A stretch of DNA of 64,000 bases from Amoebidium appalachense (Eukaryota > Protista > Ichthyosporea), in the NCBI GenBank assembly GCA_963693365.1, contig CAVNZM010000009.1, positions 4,041,146 through 4,105,145 of the forward strand, written 5' to 3'. Position 1 is the stretch's first letter. Each line of letters begins with the position of its first letter. The notes under the pieces are model-generated. The model saw only the letters and a program-made list of their open reading frames with translations. It made no database searches and was not told where the DNA came from. Positions 27,513 to 54,467 of the stretch are shown here, piece after piece. The translations under genes were made by a program, and so were the position numbers.

Positions 27513-28226
27513 GCTTTTTTTCTCCCCTACGCGTCCTTACGAGTGATTGTAATTACATAAACGCCGCCTACTGTTAGCGAAGAGTTATTAGACCTAATGC
27601 CAAAAATTTAGGCAGGTATCTGTTTATAAACACGTCGTGCGGATTTTAAGCAGAAAGGTTTGAACAGACAAACCCACACGTACGGTTCCTGATGCGAAGA
27701 TAGACAGGCATGCACGCACGTGCACATATACTTGCACACACACGTACGAGCACACACGAAAGTAATTTTCATGTGCATTTGTAAGGAAGTTCAAATAACT
27801 TGTCTGGCTTGTGCTAGCCAACAATATGCATAATGCTGGCTTTTATACCATCTTCTACTGATATACAGGCTACTGATGCAGAGCAAGCCGAGCAGCCGTT
27901 GTTGTTTTTTATCCCTATGTGCCTTCGTATGTCGCTCTAAAACCGTGTGGGGAGACCCTTATAAATATGGCGTATAGAGCGCTAGTGTTGCAATATTTTC
28001 TTCAAATAAACAATAAACAACTGAGAGCCAAAATGCATTCCAGTTCAAGCCCGTGAATGCCCAAGTGCAGGAAGTAAATTGAAAGCCACCATACAGCAAC
28101 TGGAAATGTGTTGCTCTGTTTGCTTCTGAATGCTGTTCTATCACTCGATCAGTGTTTTCTCATTAATTGTGTTATACTTCAGTGCCTCCCCTTGCGCCCG
28201 CCTTCCCTCGAACCCCCCCCCCCCCA

Positions 28227-28271
<45 letters not shown>

Positions 28272-28353
28272 ACACACACAATGACTCACACACACACACA
28301 CACCGTCACACACACACGCGCGCGCGCGAGCGCGCACGCACGCACGCGCACAC

Positions 28354-28420
<67 letters not shown>

Positions 28421-28584
28421 CACACACAAACAGGACCACCTGCAGAGCACCTGTACTGAAAATCAAATTTAAAGTTCACCCATATATTCTAGCAGCTTCT
28501 TTCCTTTTTTGGGTCATATAGTTACCGTACGTGGCATCTTTGGGCCTGGCATACATCATTGGGTGAGTCAAAGGCTTACACAAA

Positions 28585-28760
28585 CAAATATTCATCACGT
28601 ACCCACAATATATTCAGCATACAGCCACAAATATTCTACCGTGATGCACCCTGAGGCTCAAATAGTTAGCATACACCCAGCACAAATTTTCTACTCGTAC
28701 CCTCGTGAGCTCAGCATCAGTGACCCACAAATAATCAGGTTCCACCTACAAATTTATTGG
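28585..28760. repeat. Degenerate minisatellite with core CAGCATACACCCACAAATATT
   Basis: Recurrent AGCATACA and (C)ACAAAT motifs at roughly 20-40 bp spacing. Confidence 0.45.
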
Positions 28761-29055
28761 TGCTAATATTACAGCATGCGCCCGCGGCTTTATCATTCCG
28801 GCAGTGTGCACCCGAGACTCCATACACTCATGCAGATGCCATGGAGATGCCAACGTCGAAAAGTAAAAAAAAAATGATAATAAGTCACGACCCGAAACTT
28901 TACCGCGGACATACCATATGTGCAAAAGAACGTTTTTGTTTTCTTTGACTGGGATGGGGGGGCGGGGGGGGGGTGTTGGAAGTAGAGTCCGCTGTGACTA
29001 GGGTCGTCGTGGCGCGCTTGGGCGCTGACCCGTTTTTTTACTGCTTTCAGTGTGT

Positions 29056-29160
29056 TAACTCCATGACTGAACTCCATGACTTAACTCCATGACTTAACTC
29101 CATGACTGAACTCCATTACTTAACTCCATGACTGAACTCCATGTCTGAACTCCATGTCTG
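29056..29160. repeat. Tandem repeat, 13-bp unit (T/G)AACTCCATGACT, about 8 copies
   Basis: Directly visible head-to-tail copies with no spacers. Confidence 0.95.
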
Positions 29161-29514
29161 CACCTGGCAGAGACGTGGCTTATATACCCGTGGGGCAGCA
29201 GTCTGGAATGTAATCCGGATGCCAGGTGCTAATCGGATTGGTTACTTTCATTTAGAGATCTCTGGGACCAGTGAACCAATCGTTTGCAGTCAAAACACAA
29301 TTGGCAACATTCCTCAACTATGCAGATGTGCATGTGGTGATCGAGTGTCAGCGTGTGTCTGTGTACACGGAACCAATTGTAAAGCTAACATACACATATT
29401 GTGGAGTGAGCGTAAGTCTGCACTCCAACACCCCTACCCAATTGGAGAAGTGTACACACCACTGTAGAGAAGAGAGAGTGAGTGTGGCTGCTTGCAGGGT
29501 AGACCGGGGTGTGC

Positions 29515-30040
29515 ATTCCACTGTGGTGCGTGCCCCGCCAATGAAGTGGAATACTTGACGTTGATGTCGCAGGCTGCTGCGGATGGAGTTTGTGGAAGCG
29601 AAAGTCTCTACTTCACGGAAATACGCTCGCGGGTGTAGGGTACAGCCTAGAAGTCGGTTTCTGGGCTCCTCCGTTCAAGGCGTCGTAGGGGACGTGAAGT
29701 TAGAGGCCGCGGTGTCGTGTCTGGGCCCATAACCCTGTTGAATTCTATAAGTATTTAGGATGTAAGCAGAGACACAGTGGTGCAGTGTGAAAACACCACA
29801 GACACACACAACAACAAAACACGGAACGATCGGAGCAGTGTACACAACAGACATCAATGTTTAGACACGGGGGGGGGGGGGGGGGGGGGGGGTTGAAGCT
29901 GGTTTTTCCACAACCCCCCGTGCACATAGCCAAACGAAATGTTCTAGAAGTTCTCTGGTCCATCTCATGATCAGCTAGCAGATCCAGATATATCATCACT
30001 GTTTCATGCACAGTACAATTATTTGAACGGTTCTGACCCT
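29515..30040 (+). mobile_element. Highly decayed Ty1/copia-type RNase H relic
   Basis: Collinear peptide fragments across frameshifts: STVV..ANEVEYLTLMSQAAADG (cf. copia S..EAEY.A.SQA), TVVQCENTT (cf. T.I.CDN.SA), RHIN-like (cf. KHID), LEVLW..HDQLAD (cf. DQLADI.TK), QLFERF. Confidence 0.45.
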
Positions 30041-31294
30041 CCTAAACACCTCATCAATGAAGAGCTGAACATATATGGTGGGCACAGGAATTAAACCTCT
30101 CCGAAGATAAAACCCCGTTGCTTGCACACCAGACTATAGTACATCGCAAGAACACGTCCTTACGTGAGTCCGTCAGCTGGCCCCGCGTCCAGCTCCCGAG
30201 TCCATCTTCAACTTGTTTGAGCCCCGAAACGGCGAAAAGCCTAAAAAGCAGCACTTTGACGATTCGTGGACAGAGGTTACCCAATTGAAACAGTGTAGAT
30301 TTTCGCTACTCCGATTGGCTCATAATGTTGTTTCATTGCGTAGATACCATATATGGGTATTGATGACTCCAAGGCCCCTTCTGTGATTCGTTATTTATCA
30401 CCTTGCTGTTATTGTCGCTAGCGCACACGGCTCATCAAACTTGGGTTCTCGGCAAGCTACTGAAAACGTCAGTTTTCAAGCTCAACAACTAAAAAAATAT
30501 GCTCACTCTCCTTCCCCTCACACGTGCACTCCTTGTTCACCACTAGTGTAGTGTGTGAGAGGACCCTTCCTTTTCCTGAAGGGTGATAGGGTGATTTTGG
30601 GCGGGGACATAGTTTACTTTTTTCGCCCTTTTGCTTGAACGAAGGAGACTACGTGGAGAGAACGACCAGACTTTGCGTTAAGCATCGCACAACTTTGACG
30701 AAGTGACAGGTACGTGCCCTTTTTATCGTTAGTACAAGCCAAAAAGCAACGAAGGAAAAAAGTTTACTTAGTGAGCGCGGGATTTTTTGGAGGGTTGGTT
30801 GTTTTCAATTTTCCTGCTAGTGAATGCGTGTTTGTTTTGTAGAGTTTGAGTTACGCTCTGCACATCCTAGAAGGAGTCTCGAGAGCATTTTGTTTTTCGC
30901 TAGAGCCTTATGGTTTTCTAACGTACTTCAGGTTGGATTTATTGCCACCGTAGAAATTTTCATAGCCATATTCGATGCTGTTGCTCTGTTACCGTGGTTG
31001 ACACCAAAGCGTTTCATAATTTCACCAAGGGTGGCGGGTTTTGCTGATCTTGTCCACGTTAGACATCCCTTTAGCGTTCCAGGCACGTAATCAACATCTT
31101 TCTCTGCTCGTTTTTTTTTATCGAATTCTGCATTGTTTTCAATAGAAGCCATACTTATATCCCCCTATTTCTTATTTTTTGAGTGCACGTTGATTGAAGA
31201 TAGGAACGCACTCTTTTTACTTATCTGCAAAATGTTGCAGGACTAGTCGGTCTCTTCACCTTTTCTTTGCCTTGTGTTTTCGGGTGACATCAAG

Positions 31295-45837
<14,543 letters not shown>

Positions 45838-46745
45838 GGGATATCTTCCAAGATGTTCGATGGGCTTCTATGTATATGTATGTTGTTACTTGTGATATGA
45901 AATGTCTTGGTTTTCGAATGTACAGGTTTTTCCAAAATTCTAGATTTTTGGCCTTGTTTTCGATGTGGCCCTGTTATGATGTAGGTAGCGAGACGATTGG
46001 TTACCTTTTTCGGATGACTCGTGGTGTGAATAGACAAAAGCCTTTGGCTGGTATGGATGCGTGTATGATACGTGCACTAAACTATACTCATTGTTAGGTG
46101 CTTCGGAGATGGGGTGTAGATATTATGCAAACAGATAAACGCGAATATATATTCGGTGTACGATATATGTGGCACTATATGAATCAACAAAAAATGCATA
46201 TTGATGTACAACCGATTTTTTTTCGCGAATTTCACTATATGATCCCTCTATATTGAGTCCATACTATTCGGGCCTGTAAAACACCAGGCCAACGAATAAA
46301 GTTGCTCGTCACAAAATTTCGAAACGAACGTGTGGGCCCAACTTACTTTCTGTGCTAGTAGGGGCTTGCATGGCAGCCGCTGCATAAGAGCTTTCATACA
46401 ACAAACCAAAAAGTAGGCATGTGTGTCGTAATATAGATCTCAAGCACCGTATGCACATGCGTCTGGTCCAGCTTGATGAATCATGCTACGGTGTATGTTT
46501 ATATGGTACAACGGTACTGAGTAGTGAGCGTGCGTGCATGTGTGGTCCCAATCGCAGAACGTACCTTTCCTTTTCTCTTTTGTGGTGAGTGAATGAGTGT
46601 GCTGTGTGTGGTGTCTTATGAGCTTACATATTATACATGTACACGTGTGTTTTCGTGTAAGCACAGTATACGGGGGACAGTGAATGCCAGAAGCGTGGTC
46701 TTTTTCTTTCTCTCTTTCTTTTTTTCTTTTTTTTTTTTTTTTTTG

Positions 46746-46779
<34 letters not shown>

Positions 46780-47610
46780 GGAATGCGGAACGTGGTGCAG
46801 GACACATGCAAAGCAAACATTCAATATGCAACATCAGCAAGGCGCACAGTATGCGTCATAAGCAGAGCCCATCCTCAGGGAGGGCCCAAGTCATCAATTG
46901 CGATTGAGTTTCGGCCCCTGAGCCCGCGTTTATACGACTCTCCAACTCAGACAGCAGCATCAAGGGGGAGGAGGGGGGGGGGGGGGGGGGGGGAAGAGGG
47001 GAGAAGTGAATCAAAATGGACACGCGTGACGTAAACACACGAGATTTTCCCTCTTCGTAATGATCCCGAGACGAACCATGAAGGTGCACACAGCACTCAA
47101 CGAAACAAGTTATTTTTTCTGTGTATTGACACTGCGGCAGCCAATCAATGACCATGAGCCACAGCGCAAAATCACGTGATGTAACCTGGGTCCCAGCAGG
47201 CCCGAATACATTATGATTTCAACAGAGGAAAAATTTTAACGCCGCAATGCTATTCGTAGATTCGAAATGTACACGTGCATTAGTGGATACCTTTCTGTGC
47301 ATGACACCTCGGCACTGCATGTACATGCAATATATATCAACTTACTCCAGGAGCCCATATATGCATGACACGAAGCAAAAAACTCCCGAAACAAGAAAAA
47401 GCATGAATTTGTAAATATAAGTGACCCAAACATATAGCCCTTCATTCCTCCCAGCCCATCCAAGCCACACATCACACACAGATCCCACATACACATCATG
47501 ATCTGTACATACATAACTATATCATGCACGTGTTTCGCACGCGTTATAAGCACGTGAAAACCCACACCATGGGCTAGCCAGCAGCCCAGGTCGACACTAT
47601 ACGAGACTTT

Positions 47611-47860
47611 TTATGCCTTGTGGAAGCGGCCGCCCTTCTTAGCCATGTCGACAAGCAGGGGTGCGGGGGTGAACTGGGGGCCAAAGCGCTGCTGGTAGCC
47701 AAGCATCGTGTCCACGAGCTTCTGTGCTCCCATCGTGTCGATGTACCTGAGAATGTGCAAAGTGAGTTTCAGAAATCATGTGATGTTTGTGTGTGTGTGC
47801 TTCCTCGAACGAAAAATGGTAATATGGGCATTGTGTGTGTTTTGGATTTTTTTTTTTTTT

Positions 47861-47891
<31 letters not shown>

Positions 47892-48573
47892 GGGGTTGGA
47901 ATCTGGTAATAAAAGACACGGATCGACGAGGTCCTGGATCCCCAATCATAGTGAGGCAGGTATGGTGAGAAAGGGTGTTCGCGAGTGTCCCTGCCGAGGC
48001 AGGTGTGGGCATGTGTGCATGCACATGTTTGTGTTCATGTGTGTGTGTGTGCTTGTCAAGGATACAAGGATACATGTATGCATGTCCGTATGTCCCTGAC
48101 TGTGTGTGTGCGCCCATGTACGTGTGCATATGTTAATATGTGTGTACCTGAAGGGGCCGCCGAGGAATGGGGGAAAGCCAATTCCGAAGACCATGCCGAT
48201 GTCACCGTCCGTGGGGTTAGCAATGATGTCGTCCTGCAGGCACAGAACGGCCTCGTTGAGCAGACGGGCTACTGGCCGCATCTGGATCTCCTCAATGCTG
48301 GCCTTGGAGCTCTGCATTAAAAAAAGGGAGAGAGAGAGTGAGAGAGTGAGAGAGGTTAGGGCTAGGACACATCCCAGAACTTAGAAGTGCAAATAACATG
48401 CAGCAGATATGCACTGCGACAGACAAGCTAGCGTGAACACAAGCCAGAAAAACATATGCAACAGCAGGTTATGTAGGGGTGAACACAGGTATTTTTGTGC
48501 AGGGTGAGAGAAACAGAACACAAATGACGTTCAGTAACCTTCCAAACGGCCCTTGCCTGTGCACAGATGTTCC

Positions 48574-48634
<61 letters not shown>

Positions 48635-49848
48635 CATGTGCGTGTGTACCCGGGTGCACATGTGTGTTAATGTTCATGTACATGTGCGGGTGTTTGTGTT
48701 AGGGGGCACATACATCGACGGTAGGTGAGCGGTACTTCTCAATGAGCTTGAGCACCTCCTCGTTCAGCGTCTTCTTCTTGCCGTTGTACAGGTAGAAGCC
48801 CTTGCCTGACTTGCGCCCAGCAAACCCGGCAGACACCATGTCCTTGAAGAACTGCGGATCACCACCACGCATGCGGTCGCCCAGGTGCTGCAAGGAGGAG
48901 GATATCGTCAGGCAAGTGCTCAAATATATAAAATGAGGGACAGGCCATAGAGAAAAATGGTAGATGGCAGGCCATAGAGAAAAATGATAGATGGGAGGAA
49001 TCTGTGGGCCAGTTCCGTTTGTGCTCTTTGCAAGTAGATGTATTAAATTAGAAGTGTAGGGCAACCGGACAGGAAAGGGAGGATGGGCAGATGGACAATG
49101 AGGGTTGTGTGTGTAATGGGTCGAAAGAGACGGGAGGAAAGGGGAGGGGAGAAAAGCGAAGAGGGGGGGTGGGGGAGGGAGGTTCCAAACTTGCAGTGAC
49201 CGTGTGTGTGTGCACGTCTGTCTGTGCGTATGTGGTGACAGTGTAGGTTATCGTGGTGGTTACAAAGTTTGTGTATGTGCCCACGCGAGGGTGTTTGGTG
49301 TGTAGTGCGCGAGTGGAGTAATCTGTCGTCGTGGTGAATGTGTGTGTGATTGTGTGCGTTTGGGTGTGTGTGATGTGAGTGAGCGAGTGAGTGTATGTGT
49401 ACTTTTTATGAAGTTGTCCATACCTGGCTGAGGAAGCTCTGGACATGTCCGGCCACATCCAAACCGACCTCGTCACCCAGAGTCATGGGGCCCACGGGGA
49501 AGCCAAAGCCCACAATGGCCTGGTCCAGCTTCTTGACCTCCACACCCTCACACACCAGAGCTGACGTCTCGGCATTGTACGGCCCAAGGCACCGGTTGAC
49601 CTGGTGGAATGTGCAACGTGAGTCACAAAAGGGTTTGCATATATGTTGGAAGGCAAGAATGCACGTGGGATTCCTTAGATGCCCACAGCTTGGTCTTTCA
49701 TTTCCTTGCTGGTGCAGGCAGGAGTGCTCAGGTGAGGGTGGTAGATGCCCCCCTCTTCCCCTCCCCCGCCCACCCACTCACTTCTGATAATGTGTTAAAG
49801 CAGAAGCGGTTGTGCCAACATGCACAAGAAAACAGAATAGGAGGGAAG

Positions 49849-49879
<31 letters not shown>

Positions 49880-50329
49880 TACATAGAAGCCCGGAACGTC
49901 CCTGACGACGATGCAAGTCTTGCCCTGGCGGGTACCGGCATCAAAGGCAGCAGCAGCAACACGCTTGTCAGTCTTCTCGTGGGTGATGATCTCAAGCAGC
50001 GGCATCTTCTCAACGGGAGAGAAGTAGTGCATCCCTACAACATTCTGGGGACGGCTGGATCCCTTGGCAACCTGTTAAAAAAATATGTTTCGTAAGCGAA
50101 AAAATCATGAATGAAAAAACAAAAACGCATTACAGGAACAACAGTACGGCTGGTGCACAGCATTTATTCTTCGAGGTCTGCTCCCTGCACTTGAACTGAG
50201 AAATCCATGTGTTCATATCAAGATACTTGTGTATGCATGGCGGAACAAGCCAGCCGAAATATCTAAGAAAACACGATTACGCCCCACAAAATCGCCACTT
50301 CTTCTTATTCTTCTTTTTTTTTTTTTTAT

Positions 50330-50369
<40 letters not shown>

Positions 50370-50381
50370 GGGGGGGGTAAG

Positions 50382-50428
<47 letters not shown>

Positions 50429-50742
50429 GGGTGGGGGTCTGGGGTGTTACCTCAGCAATGGGCAGGGCCGACGTGTTAGTAGCGATGATGCAGTGTTGGG
50501 GGATGACCTTCTCCAGCTCGGCAATGACCTTGTGCTTGATCGACAGCACCTCAGGCACGGCCTCGATCACAAGGTCCGCGCGGTCAAAGTGCCTGCACAC
50601 GAGAAGCGTTAGCTAATGCACATACCAACCCCGCTGTCCCCCTAGCCTCCCCCATACCATTTACCCACCCGTCCCATCCCACCCATCCCCACCAAAACCG
50701 TTTCACACAAACCCCCTGAACGAGACAAACGTAACTTCGGAG

Positions 50743-50793
<51 letters not shown>

Positions 50794-51143
50794 GAGGCAA
50801 CAGTGTACTAGACATCGTCCAACAAACCAAATAAAAAGGGGAAAAAAAAGAAAAAAAAAGACGAGTGGGATTTAAAACCACGCCTGGAGAACCAGACAGG
50901 ACTACAATTAACAAAATGAACAGGTCTATAAACAAACCACAAAAAAAAAAAAAAAAAAGCTGACGAGAGTGGGATTTGAACCCACGCCTGGAGAACCAGA
51001 CTAGGACCTGAACCTAGCGCCTTGGACCAACTCGGCCATCTCGCCTCCTGTTCATTGGACAAGGCCACCTGGCCCAAGAGCACAATGATTTGTCGCTCAG
51101 ACAGGGCACCAAACAAATTTTGCAAGGAGAGCCCACAAGTGCG

Positions 51144-51184
<41 letters not shown>

Positions 51185-52243
51185 GGGGAGGAGGAGGAGG
51201 ATGGTACTTGTAGTCCAGGACGGCATGGAGGGCAGTGAACTGTGTGTCGCGCTCAAAGGGGGTGATGGCCTTGCGCTTGACCTTCTTGTCCAGCGTCTTG
51301 TAGATGTGCTCCTGGCCTTTGGCTAGGCCCTCGGGCACAGAGTCCCTCATCGTCACGTCGAACTTGCCCATGCTCACCTGCAAACAACCACCCGTCAGCA
51401 TATTTTCATACAGACTGAAGTACCATCATCCCCCCCCCCCCCCCCCCCCCCCCTCGGGCACGGAAAGAACTCTCACGGTGAGCTCCCGTGCGCGGAATCA
51501 GAAGACATAAAACAAAAATGATCATTTCTGGAGAAGACAGCGCAAAAGAATCTCGGCACACAAAACACAATCATTGATGCAGCGATCTAATATCATATTA
51601 CAGCAGAGCACTACTGCGAATCCACATGTAAGGCAATCTCACAGACGTAACATACATTTGTAATGCCAGAGCCCATCAGGCCAGCGCCAAGCACGCAGAC
51701 GTTCTTAACGGGCTTCTCCAGGACACCGAACCGCTCAGGAATCTTCTTGCATGCTCTCTGGGCAAAGAAGATGGACATGAGGCCCTTTGCCTCGGTGGTC
51801 TGTGTCAGCTGCCCAAAGTTCTTGGCCTCACGGTCCAGGCCGGCCTCGATGCCCCGAGAAAGACCTGTTGGTCACATCGTAAGGGAACAATTCATTAGAA
51901 AACTCCGACACGGCAAATATCAGCCATACACAGAGAGAGAGGGGGGGAACAGACTCGCAAAAACACACACAATCATTCCTAAACCCCTTCCCTCCCTCCA
52001 CTCCCCCCCCAGTCCCCTCACGTGAGAAGAAAGTGGCCCCCCATGCTTCGAACTAGTGGCACCAAGAACACTGACAGGTATTGAATGCGACAGCAGGATT
52101 TCGACAACAAGTGAACATGCAAGTTAACGTGCATATGCAGGAGGAATGATGGGACAAGGTCGCTGGCTATGTTGTATGTACGCGTGCCATGCATGGGTGG
52201 TTATGTGTGTGAGTGGGTGAGTGAGTGTTGTCGTGGTGGTGGT

Positions 52244-52279
<36 letters not shown>

Positions 52280-53992
52280 GCGTGTGCGTGTGTGTGTGTG
52301 TGTGTGTATTTATTTATTTTTGGGGTGGGGGGTTTGGGTTTGGGTAAGTACATACCGTGCTCCACGGCATCGAGGATCTTGAAGGGTGCTGGGTACTTGC
52401 CCTTTGTCTTCTTGGCCACAGTCTCCCGTGCCTTGTTAATCACCTGCATGCCTGATAATGAGTAAAAGTGCGATTGCAAGGTCATAGAATTCGGCCTGGA
52501 CATGTCATACGACGGCAAAGTGATCTTTCGTGTCCCTCTCACCCTCCCCCCCCCCCCCCCCCCCCCCCCCCCCCACCACCACACATACACATCCCCCCTC
52601 CTCAACACACACACACCACCCCATGATTTGGACACCTGCATAGACCAAACCTTCTCAAACCTTAGCTCAGCAGTACCCTCGGCAGCCGCGGCGGGGGGGG
52701 GGGTAAGGGGGGGGGGGGGGTAAGGGGCAGTATATTGGTAGATGCAACTGATAACCTAATGCACATCCACTGTGCATGTCAAGCCAGGGGGGGGGGGAGG
52801 GGGCTCACATAGTTGCGGACATAGGACACGTCCTTCATGAGGTAGTCCTGGATGCCAGCAACGGAAGTCAGAGGCTTCTTGCGGTTGACCTTGAGCTTGC
52901 CTGCAAAGAATGATATGTCAGTCCATATACCGCATGGAATTTTTAGTTCAAGGACTGCAACTAATTCTTAGTTCAAGGACTGCATCTAACACCATGTCCA
53001 CAAAAACAGTCGAAACACAGGCTCATGCCATGGCAGATCTTTCGACATTGACAGGCTTATGCAGTCTTTCAGCCCCCCCCCCCCCCCCCCCCCCCCCTTC
53101 TGCTTGTTAAGTTAAAGGAGCTGCTTTGGAACCGAAACTCCATTCAAATCGACTAGGGAGGTAGAAGGGTAAGGAAAGGACAGGGAGAAAAAGCACGGAC
53201 TGGGGGGATGGGTGTGTGTGTGGTTGAAACTGTTGGTTTCGGAAGGGTAAGCAGGGATTGTTACGAAAGATCAGAAACATCGAAAGTGCAGTCTCTGAAT
53301 AAGCGCGCAAGTGATAGCCCGAACATTCACCATCCATCCATGCATGTGTCTGTCTCTATCATTGAATAAAAGGTCTTGATTGGGTAAAATGGTATAGGTA
53401 TATACCTAATGCAAGATCCTTAGCAGCAGCAATGGCGGCCTGCTCGAGGAAGCGCTGTGTGTTCTCCTCAGCCGAGGTAATGCCGGGCCCAATAGCAGGG
53501 ATCACCTGGTCCACAAGCCCCAGCTTCTTGGCCTGAGTGTGCATGTGAAGGTATGAGCACATGTACATGGATGTGATTCTTGCCACATCCACAGATTGGC
53601 TTTGGGAGTCACGTGTGAAAGCCCCCCCCCACACCACCCCCTGGTCTCCCCTTGCTCATCCTCTCGAGCTTGACCAAGAATGGTGTAGAGTGATCCTTAG
53701 ACGGAAAGCTCCCCTCCCTCCCCCTCCTGACACACGCACACCCACCCCCCTCCCACCCCCCCTTCCCCCTCCCCGCCTTTTGGCCGCCTTCTTTTCCAAG
53801 GCCCAATTGAGGTACCAAAAAAGGACCTCACATAAGAGGCTGGGTAATGGGAACGGGCAGGCAGACAGGAATGCTTAAGCACGCAGCAGGTCGGGCGAGA
53901 AGGAATGGAGGAGGGGGGGAAGGGGTAAAATGCAGTGCAGAATAATGCATACCGGAAAACACAAACACGGGTGGGTGGGTAGGTGGGAGAGG

Positions 53993-54042
<50 letters not shown>

Positions 54043-54307
54043 AGGGGGGGGGGGGGCGGGTTGCACCTTGTCGGCCTTGATCGTCTTGCCGGTGAGGATC
54101 ATGTCGAGAGCATCGGGGAGAGGGATGAGCCGGGGCAGGCGCTGGGTGCCACCAGCGCCGGGCAGCAGGCCGAGCATCACCTCCGGTACACCAAGCTTGG
54201 TCTGTGGAGCCTGTTGGACGCAAAGAAGAGAATGTGTCAGCATGCATGTGTGTGGGTGAGTGGGTTTTGTATGTTGTGAATGTGTGATGCAAAGGAGGAT
54301 GGGGGTT

Positions 54308-54345
<38 letters not shown>

Positions 54346-54415
54346 CATGTTTTGCAAGTGCATCTTAAGATACCAAAGATAAACGATCATAGCTGGAACC
54401 GAAACCAAGCCCAGG

Positions 54416-54467
<52 letters not shown>

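Noticed and set aside
29056-29160. Regular short repeats as a possible CRISPR array (also 37231-37533)
   Set aside because: Units are head-to-tail with no unique spacers.
30051-30366. Partial inverted motifs TCATCAAT/CATATATGGT suggesting a MITE
   Set aside because: The arms do not extend and no termini or target-site duplication were found.
50961-51045. CUG codon reassignment via an altered tRNA(CAG)
   Set aside because: The tRNA has Leu-type features (A discriminator), and CTG codons fall at conserved Leu positions in USP, LDHD and HADHA.
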